From Thalassobaculaceae bacterium (lineage in GTDB: Bacteria; Pseudomonadota; Alphaproteobacteria; Thalassobaculales; Thalassobaculaceae), in the NCBI GenBank assembly GCA_965228875.1, contig OZ245843.1:4694616-4758615 (forward strand): a stretch of DNA of 64,000 bases. Direction: 5' to 3'. The notes under the pieces are model-generated. The model was not told the origin of the DNA. It saw only the letters and a program-made list of their open reading frames with translations, and made no database searches. This document shows positions 29,463-42,118 of this stretch, in pieces. How positions within the stretch are numbered: the stretch's first letter is position 1; every line of letters begins with the position of its first letter. Made by a program: the position numbers and the translations under genes.

Positions 29463-29918
29463 CTACACCAGCTGCTGGCGGACGATCCCGGAGGCCTTGG
29501 AGAAATCCATGCGGCCCGGATAGCGCTGCTTCAGCGTGGACATGATCTTGCCCATGTCCTTCAGGTCGGCCGCGCCGATTTCCCTGATCGTGCTGTCGAT
29601 CGTGGACTCGAGCTCCTTGCCCTCGAGCTGGCTCGGCATGAAGCGGCGGATGATGTCGATCTCCTCCTGCTCCTGGGTGGCGAGCTCGCAGCGCCCGCCC
29701 TCCTCGTAGAGCCGGATCGATTCCTGGCGCTGCTTCACCATGGTCGATAGCATGGCGAGGATCTCGTCGTCGTCGATGCCGTCGAGGTTGCCCTTCTCAC
29801 GCGCCGCGATGTCGCGGTCCTTCAGGGCCGCGGTGATCAGGCGCACGGTGGCCACGGCCCGCTGATCCTTGGCGAGCATGGCGTCTTTCAATGCGGTCTT
29901 CAGCTGTTCGCGCAACAT
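29463..29918 (-). CDS. GatB/YqeY domain protein
   Basis: KQRQESIRLYEEGGR, KDMGKIM. Confidence 0.94.
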   Translation of the reverse strand: MLREQLKTALKDAMLAKDQRAVATVRLITAALKDRDIAAREKGNLDGIDDDEILAMLSTMVKQRQESIRLYEEGGRCELATQEQEEIDIIRRFMPSQLEGKELESTIDSTIREIGAADLKDMGKIMSTLKQRYPGRMDFSKASGIVRQQLV

Positions 29919-30141
29919 TCAGTTTCTCCCCAGAAACCGAGTAAGTCCGGTACTTTGGCCCTGATTTCGGCGGGGGCCATGCCGGCCGTCGTCGCCCTGT
30001 TCATCGTCACCCGCGAGCGCCGGGTCCCGCCGGCCGATCGGGTGAAGAAGGCCGGACCATAACCGATCCCCAATTATGTTGCAATGCCGCGACGATTTTC
30101 TAAATTGTTGAAGTTAAAGGGTTTTAGTGAATCCTTCATGC

Positions 30142-30170
30142 TTGACGCCGGGGCGTTCCTCGCGTATCAA
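30142..30170 (+). promoter_or_regulatory. Putative sigma70 promoter of carAB
   Basis: TTGACG-17 nt-TATCAA, preceded by an AT-rich tract (about 30096-30126). Confidence 0.55.
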
Positions 30171-30281
30171 CCGGCCAATTTGCCGCCCGCACGCCCCCCG
30201 ATCACACGCCGACAGGAGCCCGCTCCAGCGGCGCGAAAGGTGGCGCGCGATCCCCGGCGCAGCCCGATCCGGAGACACCGC

Positions 30282-34705
<4,424 letters not shown>

Positions 34706-34814
34706 ACGGTTTCGCGGGGGGCGGTCCGGAGACGGGTCGTGTTTCCGATCCAGGCTGACCCGCAGTAGGCGTCCGGAACGGATGATGGGAGACGTTTGAG
34801 CAGGCGAAGAGCCG

Positions 34815-35288
34815 ATGGAAAAGGTGCCTATGACCGCAGAGGGGCATGCCCGTCTGACGGAAGAGCTGAAGAACTTGAAGTCCGTGGAGCGACCCGCGGT
34901 GATCAAAGCGATCGCCGAGGCCCGCGAACACGGCGATCTGTCCGAAAACGCCGAGTATCATGCCGCGCGCGAACGTCAGAGTTTCATCGAAGGCCGCGTG
35001 GCCGAGCTGGAGGACGTGATCAGCCGGTGCGAGGTCATCGACCCGAAGAAACTCAAGGGCGAGACCGTGACCTTCGGCGTGACCGTCGAGGTCGCCGACG
35101 AGGAGACCGACGAGGAGACGGCGTATACCATCGTTGGTCCCTACGAGGCGGATATCTCGCGCGGGTTCATCTCGACCTCTTCGCCGATCGCGCGGGCGCT
35201 GATCGGCAAGCGTGTCGGCGATTCCGTTGAGGTCACAACGCCCAAAGGCTCGAAGAGCTTCGAGATCCTGTCGATCGCAATCCAGTAG
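34815..35288 (+). CDS. greA: Transcription elongation factor GreA
   Basis: [26 protein letters not shown]. Confidence 0.98.
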   Translation: MEKVPMTAEGHARLTEELKNLKSVERPAVIKAIAEAREHGDLSENAEYHAARERQSFIEGRVAELEDVISRCEVIDPKKLKGETVTFGVTVEVADEETDEETAYTIVGPYEADISRGFISTSSPIARALIGKRVGDSVEVTTPKGSKSFEILSIAIQ

Positions 35289-35404
35289 TTGGGCCAGGAG
35301 TAGGGCCTCCCACCCTCCCGTACGTCGTCCTGTCGGCGCTGCGCGCCGCCAGGAAGGCGGGACCGGGAGTGCGGTATCGGGAGGCGGAGGAGCCGCGGGC
35401 GGCT

Positions 35405-35914
35405 TCAGGCCTCCTCGACGTCGTCCTCGTCGTCTTCCGGCGTCTCGTCGATCGGCACGCCGGGCAGGCGCTTCCTGGTGCGGATGACCAGCGCGGTCTT
35501 CACGTTGGAGACCAGCGGTGCGGGTGTGAGCTTGGAGGTCAGGAACCGCTGGAAGGCGTCCCAGTCCTTGGCGACGATCTTGAGCAGGAAGTCGGCCTCG
35601 CCCATGAGCATGTGGCACTCGCGGACCTCGGGCCACTGGTTGACCATCTCCTCGAAGCGGGCGAGGTCGGCCTCGGCCTGGCTGGTTAGGCCGACATGGG
35701 CATAGATCGTGACGGTGAAACCGAGGTGTTCAGGCGCCACCTCGGCATGGTATCCCCGGATGAACCCGGCTTCCTCGAGCGCCCGCACCCGACGCAGGCA
35801 CGGGGGCGCGGAGATGCCGGCGCGGTTGGCGAGTTCGACATTGGTCATCCGGCCGTTGTCCTGCAGGTCGCGCAGAATTCGGCGGTCGATGCGATCAAGT
35901 TTCACACGTCGCAT
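35405..35914 (-). CDS. Lrp/AsnC family transcriptional regulator
   Basis: LDRIDRRILRDLQDNGRMTNVELANRAGISAPPCLRRVRALEE. Confidence 0.95.
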   Translation of the reverse strand: MRRVKLDRIDRRILRDLQDNGRMTNVELANRAGISAPPCLRRVRALEEAGFIRGYHAEVAPEHLGFTVTIYAHVGLTSQAEADLARFEEMVNQWPEVRECHMLMGEADFLLKIVAKDWDAFQRFLTSKLTPAPLVSNVKTALVIRTRKRLPGVPIDETPEDDEDDVEEA

Positions 35915-36042
35915 GTGGGCTCCGGGGAACGACAAGAATCTGGGAAGGCGAGATCCGAAAAGTCGGCGTCGCTATATCCGATTCCGGTAGGGTAAGCAAG
36001 ATCATTGCGCAATTGTGACATTTTCTTTCAATATGTAACGGC

Positions 36043-37041
36043 ATGACCGAGTCTACCGACACACAGACACTGTGCTGGGTCCTGACCGACGGCACGGTCG
36101 GCATGCGTATCCAGTGTCTCGGCCTCGCCGAGGCCGCGGGGCTGACCCCGGTGATTAAGCGCATCCATCCGAGTCTGCTGCTGCGGGCCTGTCCGGCGGC
36201 GGGAGTGCTGCCCGGCGTCCCGGCGACGGCCGGCGGCGACCCGATCGCGCCGCCCTGGCCCGATGTGGTGATCTCCTGTGGCCGGCGGACGGCGGGAGCG
36301 GCGCTGGCGGTGCGCCGGCTTGCCGGCGGCGCGCCGTTCCTGGCTCACATTCAGGATCCGCGCATCGACCCCGGACGATTCGACATGCTGATCGTGCCGG
36401 AGCACGATCCGGCGCGCGGCGACAACGTCGTCACGACGCTCGGCGCCCTGAACCCGCAGGACCCGGAGACGCTGCGGCAGGCGGCCGGCGCCTGGCAGGT
36501 CGAGGTCGCTGACCTGCCGAGGCCATTGGTCGCGGTGAATGTCGGTGGATCGAACAAGCGGTACGACTTCTCGCCCGACGCGGTCGCACGCTTTGTCGCC
36601 GACCTCAGGACCCTGGCAGAGACCACCGGCGGAGCGCTGCTGGTCGCCACCTCGCGCCGCACCGACGCCGCCACCCGGGAGGCGCTGACGCAGGGGCTGC
36701 GGGATGTTCCGGGGATCGTGTGGACCGGCGAGGGTGAGAATCCCTATCTGGCGTTTCTGCACCTCGCCGATGCCCTGGTGGTCACGTCGGACTCCGTCAA
36801 CATGGCCTCGGAGGCCTGCGCCACCGGCAAGCCGGTGCACATCGCGACCGTAGAACCCGAAAGCGGCCGGATCGCCGATTTCCATACCCGGTTGCGGGCG
36901 GCGGGCTGCGCCCGGCCATTCGCCGGCCACCTCGAGACCTGGCACTACGAACCGCTGCGGGAGACGTCCAGGGTCGGCGCGATGCTGGCCGAGAAACTCG
37001 AGATGCGTCGCGTCGATCGGAGCGGGCGATCGCCGTCATAG
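36043..37041 (+). CDS. ELM1/DUF1022 family putative glycosyltransferase
   Basis: WVLTDG, PWPDVVISCGR, IQDPR, PEHD, TSRRT, NPY, VTSDSVNMASEA. Confidence 0.9.
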   Translation: MTESTDTQTLCWVLTDGTVGMRIQCLGLAEAAGLTPVIKRIHPSLLLRACPAAGVLPGVPATAGGDPIAPPWPDVVISCGRRTAGAALAVRRLAGGAPFLAHIQDPRIDPGRFDMLIVPEHDPARGDNVVTTLGALNPQDPETLRQAAGAWQVEVADLPRPLVAVNVGGSNKRYDFSPDAVARFVADLRTLAETTGGALLVATSRRTDAATREALTQGLRDVPGIVWTGEGENPYLAFLHLADALVVTSDSVNMASEACATGKPVHIATVEPESGRIADFHTRLRAAGCARPFAGHLETWHYEPLRETSRVGAMLAEKLEMRRVDRSGRSPS

Positions 37042-37126
37042 GCCGGTGCGCATTGCCGTGCGCCGGTGGTTCGGCTATCCAGGACCCAACCAGCAGCGAC
37101 GATCCAACAGCGATGGCGCGGACCCG

Positions 37127-39058
37127 ATGGCGCTCAAGATCGACACGTTCTCCAACCAGGTCGGCGGCTTCAGCTTCTTCAAGGCGGTCGGCCACCCGCT
37201 GACGGCGGAGAAGATCGCCGTCCTGCTGGCCGACCTTGGTGCCGAGGAGTCGGTGGCGCTCTACGATCCGCTCGGGCACCTGGAAACCTTCGCCGAATTG
37301 CACGACGTCTCCGGTCTCGCCGTCGCCGGGGTCTACGTCCAGGCGGTGGAGCGCGTCGGCACCACGGTGCTGGGGCACGCGGCCCGGCCGGTGACCGAGA
37401 TCGGCGAGAGCGGTGCATCGGTCGTGGTGATCCCGGCCTTCGATACCGCCCGCCTGACGGCACATATCCGGCATCTGCTGCCGCAGGGCATGCGGGTCGT
37501 CACGCTCGACGACGCCCGTCTGCCCGACGCGATGCTGTCGAACCCGCGGCGGTATCTCGATCCCCTGAATTTCGCGACCAACCACGGGTTCCTGCGCGAT
37601 CAGGGCGGGCGACACACCCGGCTGGTGACCGCGAACTACTGGAGCGGCTATGGCGCCGAGGGCATCCGCCTGTGGCTGCGGCTGTTCGACGCCCATGGCG
37701 GCGTGCTGCGGACGTGGGAACAGGATCTTCCCGACGGCCCGGCCGGCATCGTGATCGACAGCGCCGAGGTGCGCCGCCGCTTCGATCTCGACGAGTTCGC
37801 CGGCACGCTGTTCATCCACGCCATCGGGGTGCGCGGCCACGATGTGGTGAAATACGCGGTCGACACCTATGGCGATGGGCCGGAGGAACTGTCCTGCACC
37901 CATGACGCCAATGCCTGGCCGGCCGATTTCTATGCCGGACTCCCGGCCGCCAATCCGGGCGAACGGGTGACCCTGTGGCTGCAGAACGCCCATCCGAATC
38001 CGGCGCCCGCGGGATCCATGGCGCTCAACCTGATGGGAAGCGACGATGTTCGGCCGATCGACCGCCCGGTTCCCGGCTTCGGAACGATCGCCATCGATCC
38101 GGCCGAGCTGTTCCCGGACGCGCGGTGGCCGGCCCAGTTCGAGCTGCGCGCGGGAAAACACGTGGTCCGGCCACGCTACGAGATCGCCGCCGGCAACCGG
38201 CGCAACCGCATCGCCCACGTCAACGTCGAGCGCACCGACCTGAAGGGCGATCCGGCGATCGCCGCTGCGATGGCCCATCTCGGCAAGGGCTATATCCTCC
38301 CGGCGCCGGTGCTGCCGATCGACCGGTACCGGTCCTTCGCGCTGCCCACCCCGATGTCGACGGGGCAGGACAGGCTGCCGATCGCCGCGCTGCTGGTCGA
38401 TGCCGACGGCACCGAGGTCGCCCGTCACCGCTTCGGTGTGCTCGACCGGTCTGACAGCGTGGCGCTGGAGGCGGCGGCGATGCTGAACGGCGCGACGCTG
38501 CCGTCGGGCTACGGCCACCTGGAACTGATCTACGACTTCGCCGACGGCGGCGAGGACGCGGCCGACGGCTGGCTGCACGGTCTGTTCCGCTATGAGGACA
38601 TGGAGAGCGGCCACGCCGCCGACACCAGCTTCGGCGCCCATGTCTTCAACGGACTGATGACCTTCAGGGGGGAGCCGCAGAGCTATGGCGGTCCGCCTCC
38701 CGGACTGTCGACCCGGCTCTTCCTGCGCCTCGGGAACGCGATGCCCGGGTCCGGTGGTGCGGCGGATTCGCTCTGCCACCTCATCTACCCGGCCTCCACG
38801 CCGTGGCACGCGCAGTCGGAGACGGTGCTTGTCCTGACCGGCGCCGACGGCGTCGAGATCGCCCGCTCGCCGCTCGCCATACCCTGCGGCGGGTCGCGCC
38901 TTTGGCGGGCCGGCGAGATGTTCTCGGCGGCGGATCTCGAAGCGGCGGGCGATGGCGGTTACGTGCTGATCCGCGACACCACCTGTCGGCTCTTCGGCTA
39001 TCACGGTCTTATCCGCGACGGCGTGTCGTTCTCGCTCGACCACATGTTCGGGTTCTGA
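37127..39058 (+). CDS. Hypothetical protein, 643 aa, with a Rossmann-like N-terminus and repeated beta modules
   Basis: Long ORF with host-like codon usage. Recurring LxDAxG motif. No recognised family. Confidence 0.85.
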   Translation: MALKIDTFSNQVGGFSFFKAVGHPLTAEKIAVLLADLGAEESVALYDPLGHLETFAELHDVSGLAVAGVYVQAVERVGTTVLGHAARPVTEIGESGASVVVIPAFDTARLTAHIRHLLPQGMRVVTLDDARLPDAMLSNPRRYLDPLNFATNHGFLRDQGGRHTRLVTANYWSGYGAEGIRLWLRLFDAHGGVLRTWEQDLPDGPAGIVIDSAEVRRRFDLDEFAGTLFIHAIGVRGHDVVKYAVDTYGDGPEELSCTHDANAWPADFYAGLPAANPGERVTLWLQNAHPNPAPAGSMALNLMGSDDVRPIDRPVPGFGTIAIDPAELFPDARWPAQFELRAGKHVVRPRYEIAAGNRRNRIAHVNVERTDLKGDPAIAAAMAHLGKGYILPAPVLPIDRYRSFALPTPMSTGQDRLPIAALLVDADGTEVARHRFGVLDRSDSVALEAAAMLNGATLPSGYGHLELIYDFADGGEDAADGWLHGLFRYEDMESGHAADTSFGAHVFNGLMTFRGEPQSYGGPPPGLSTRLFLRLGNAMPGSGGAADSLCHLIYPASTPWHAQSETVLVLTGADGVEIARSPLAIPCGGSRLWRAGEMFSAADLEAAGDGGYVLIRDTTCRLFGYHGLIRDGVSFSLDHMFGF

Positions 39059-39211
39059 GCCGTGCTCTCGATCCGCGAGGTCGGACCGGACGAGGCCGAT
39101 CTCATGGCCCGAATGGCGGCGACCGGATCGGCCACGCCGGCGTGACCTTCCGCCCGGTTGAGGCGGGGCGGCGATGCGCCTATTTAGGACGCTTACGGCA
39201 AGGAGGAAGAC

Positions 39212-40183
39212 ATGGCCGAGCATCGGGTTAAGGTTCTGATCGTGGGCGCGGGGGCGGCCGGACTGACCGCCGGCATCTATACCGCGCGCGCGAACCTGTC
39301 GCCGGTGCTGCTGGCCGGCCTGCAGCCGGGCGGCCAGATGACAATCACGTCCGACGTGGAGAACTATCCGGGCTTCGCCGACGTGATCCAGGGTCCCTGG
39401 CTGATGGAGCAGATGCAGAAGCAGGCCGAGCATGTCGGCACCCGGATCGTCTACGACATCGTCACCGAGGTCGACTTCTCAGCCCGTCCGTTGAAATGCC
39501 TGACCGACCAGGGCGACACCTACCTGGCGGATGCCGTGATTCTCGCCACCGGTGCCCAGGCGCGCTGGCTCGGCCTGCCGAGCGAGCAGCACTTCAACGG
39601 CCGCGGCGTCTCGGCCTGCGCCACCTGCGACGGGTTCTTCTACCGCGACAAGGACGTGGTGGTGGTCGGTGGCGGCAATACCGCCGTGGAGGAGGCGCTC
39701 TACCTCGCCAACATCTGCCGGTCGGTCACCCTGGTCCACCGTCGCGACTCCCTGCGCGCCGAGAAGATCATGCAGGATCGGCTGTTCCGCCACCCGAAGG
39801 TGAGCGTGGTCTGGGACAGCGTGGTCGACGAGGTACTGGGCGGCGCCGGTCCGATGGACGGGGTCGAGGCGGTGCGCGTGAAGAACGTCAAGACCGGTGA
39901 GACCTCGGACCTGGCGGCCGAGGGCCTGTTCGTCGCCATCGGACACGACCCGGCCACAAAGCCGTTCACGGGCAGCCTGCCGACCGACGACGAGGGCTAT
40001 CTGCTGACGGAGGCGGGCTCCACCCGGACCGCGGTCCCCGGCGTGTTCGCCGCCGGCGACTGTGTGGACAAGGTGTACCGACAGGCGGTGACGGCGGCCG
40101 GCATGGGCTGCATGGCGGCGCTCGAGGCGGAGAAGTACGTGGCTGCCCTTGAGGACGACGCGCAGGTCGCGGCCGCCGAATAG
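39212..40183 (+). CDS. trxB: Thioredoxin reductase
   Basis: GAGAAG, VENYPGF, CATCDGF, GGGNTAVEEA, FAAGD, YRQAVTAAG. Confidence 0.98.
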   Translation: MAEHRVKVLIVGAGAAGLTAGIYTARANLSPVLLAGLQPGGQMTITSDVENYPGFADVIQGPWLMEQMQKQAEHVGTRIVYDIVTEVDFSARPLKCLTDQGDTYLADAVILATGAQARWLGLPSEQHFNGRGVSACATCDGFFYRDKDVVVVGGGNTAVEEALYLANICRSVTLVHRRDSLRAEKIMQDRLFRHPKVSVVWDSVVDEVLGGAGPMDGVEAVRVKNVKTGETSDLAAEGLFVAIGHDPATKPFTGSLPTDDEGYLLTEAGSTRTAVPGVFAAGDCVDKVYRQAVTAAGMGCMAALEAEKYVAALEDDAQVAAAE

Positions 40184-40281
40184 GGTCCCCGAGCAGGCCG
40201 CCCGGGCACTCCCCCACGTTCCGTCCGCGCGTCGGATCGTGTAGACAGGAAGGGCGGACGGATGACAGGGGCGGGCCGCCA

Positions 40282-41172
40282 ATGGACTGGGACAAACTGA
40301 GGGTCTTTCATGCCGTCGCGGAAGCGGGCAGCTTCACCCATGCGGGAGAGACCCTGAACCTCAGCCAGTCGGCCGTCAGCCGCCAGATCAGTGCGCTCGA
40401 GGAAAGCCTCAAGGTGCCGCTGTTCCACCGGCATGCCCGTGGGCTGATCCTGACAGAGCAGGGTGAGGTGCTGTACCAGACCGCGCGCGACGTGTTCGCC
40501 AAGCTGGCGACCACGGAAGCGCTGTTGTCGGAGGGCAAGGACAGCCCCAAGGGACCGCTGCGGCTGACCACGACCGTGGCGCTCGGTTCCAACTGGCTGG
40601 CGCCGCGCCTGGCCGGGTTCCTCGAGCTCTATCCCGAGATCGGGCTGTCGGTCCTGCTGAACGACAGTGAACTCGACCTGTCGATGCGCCAGGCGGACGT
40701 GGCGATCCGGCTGACGCCGCCACGCCAGCCGGACCTGATTCAGCGTCACCTGAAGACCATCAAGTTCCATCTCTACGCGGCACCGGAATACCTCACCCGG
40801 CACGGCGTGCCGAAATCTCCGGCCGACCTCGCGAACCATCGCCTGGTCATCTACGGCGAGACGGCCCACCCTCCGTTCCCGAACGTGAACTGGCTGATGG
40901 ATACGGCCGCGGGGCATCGCGGGCGGCACGTGAACGTGGTGCGCCTGAACAACTACTTCGCCATGTTTCGTGCGGTGCAAACCGGGCTCGGCATCGCAGC
41001 ATTACCCGACTACATGGCGCGCGAGGACGTCAGCATGATCCGGGTGATTCCGGATCTGGAAGGCCCGCAGGTACCGACCTACTTCGTCTACCCGGAGGAG
41101 TTGAGGCACTCTAAGCGCATCATGGTGCTGAGAGATTTTCTCATTCAGGAAGTGGCTAAATCCCAATTCTGA
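40282..41172 (+). CDS. LysR family regulator, LsrB/VtlR orthologue
   Basis: MDWDKLRVFHAVAEAGSFTHAG...LFHRHARGLILTEQGE, in the conserved position directly after trxB. Confidence 0.92.
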   Translation: MDWDKLRVFHAVAEAGSFTHAGETLNLSQSAVSRQISALEESLKVPLFHRHARGLILTEQGEVLYQTARDVFAKLATTEALLSEGKDSPKGPLRLTTTVALGSNWLAPRLAGFLELYPEIGLSVLLNDSELDLSMRQADVAIRLTPPRQPDLIQRHLKTIKFHLYAAPEYLTRHGVPKSPADLANHRLVIYGETAHPPFPNVNWLMDTAAGHRGRHVNVVRLNNYFAMFRAVQTGLGIAALPDYMAREDVSMIRVIPDLEGPQVPTYFVYPEELRHSKRIMVLRDFLIQEVAKSQF

Positions 41173-41191
41173 AGAAATCGCAAACCAAGCT

Positions 41192-41206
41192 ATGCAAAAA
41201 ATGCAT
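41192..41206. promoter_or_regulatory. LysR-type palindromic box (T-N11-A)
   Basis: ATGCA-aaaaa-TGCAT, about 60 nt upstream of the sRNA candidate. Confidence 0.55.
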
Positions 41207-41261
41207 GGCCGGACTGAGCAATTGGGTATGGTATCCGAGGCGGCAAATGCCTATTTCATGA

Positions 41262-41395
41262 ACACGGCGATGTTGCGTTGCAACATCCTCTCCGAGCCCC
41301 CCGCTCGGAGCAGGGTCCTTCGGGATCCTACGTCTCCCAGACGTGAAGCCTCCCTGTTCAACTTGCCGGGAACAATCGTTCCCGGCAATTTTTTT
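41262..41395 (+). ncRNA. Candidate trans-acting sRNA (AbcR-position, C-rich loops); 5' end approximate
   Basis: Four consecutive short stem-loops (41269-87, 41290-310, 41312-29 with a cUUCGg loop, 41330-44), single-stranded CCTCCCT, and a terminator with an 11-bp stem and T7. Confidence 0.75.
41363..41395 (+). terminator. Rho-independent terminator
   Basis: ttgccgggaac-aatc-gttcccggcaa-ttttttt. Confidence 0.92.
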
Positions 41396-41515
41396 GCCTG
41401 ATCGACGGGCCGCGTCCCACCTGCGCGAGCGGCCGCCCATCGGGCGTGCGACCTCCGCCATGGCGTGCCCGAAGGGCTCTGGACATACCCGGGATTCCGT
41501 GGCGAGTATGCCGGC

Positions 41516-41941
41516 ATGATTCCGGGGGCGGACAGGAGAGTTTCGGCAGGATCGGGGCGCTGGATCGCGCGCCTGCTGCTCGTGCTGTTCGCGCTGCGGG
41601 CGGCGATCCCGGCCGGATACATGCCGGATGCGGACGCGCTGCGGGACGGCCGGTTCGAGGTCGTGGTCTGCACCCCCACCGGGCTGAAGACCATCCTCGT
41701 GTCGTTCGACGAGGGCGGCGGCGCACCGTCCGACAATGGTTCCCAAGACGCGCAGACCGCCGACGAGTGCCCGTTTCAGACGGTTGTCGCCAAAGCCCTG
41801 ATCGCTCCCGAGGCGATCGGCGCCGCGCTCCCGCGGCGCGCGCGCCCGCCGGTTCATGCCGACGGCGCGGACCACGCCGGTCCGTCAACTGTCCCAGGGC
41901 CGCCTCTGGGACCCAGGGCGCCGCCACACGCTGTCTCCTGA
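41516..41941 (+). CDS. DUF2946 family protein (CruR/CutF-like) with C-terminal RAPP motif
   Basis: Hydrophobic N-terminus, IPAGYMP, VVCTPTG, CPF, Pro-rich end PPLGPRAPP. Lies upstream of a TonB-dependent receptor. Confidence 0.85.
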   Translation: MIPGADRRVSAGSGRWIARLLLVLFALRAAIPAGYMPDADALRDGRFEVVVCTPTGLKTILVSFDEGGGAPSDNGSQDAQTADECPFQTVVAKALIAPEAIGAALPRRARPPVHADGADHAGPSTVPGPPLGPRAPPHAVS

Positions 41942-42118
41942 CGGTGGTCGGGCGCCGGTCCGCCGGTAACCCGCACCGCGATCATCAATAGCCGACGGTC
42001 GGAACGCGCGCCCATCAGCGCATGGGAAGCGGCCGCCGACGGCGTCCCTTCGCCTGTGCGGGCGCTTCGGCGCGAGAACGCCGCGCCGCCAGGCTCTGTA
42101 TGAGATTCGGAGACTTTG

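Noticed and set aside
35305..35385. Long imperfect GC-rich palindrome between greA and lrp
   Set aside because: Most simply a bidirectional terminator between convergent genes. No second copy was seen.
36797..39433. 878-aa antisense ORF
   Set aside because: Shadow of the plus-strand genes.
41192..41401. 69-aa ORF over the sRNA candidate
   Set aside because: No RBS, it runs through a terminator, and dense RNA structure explains the region better.
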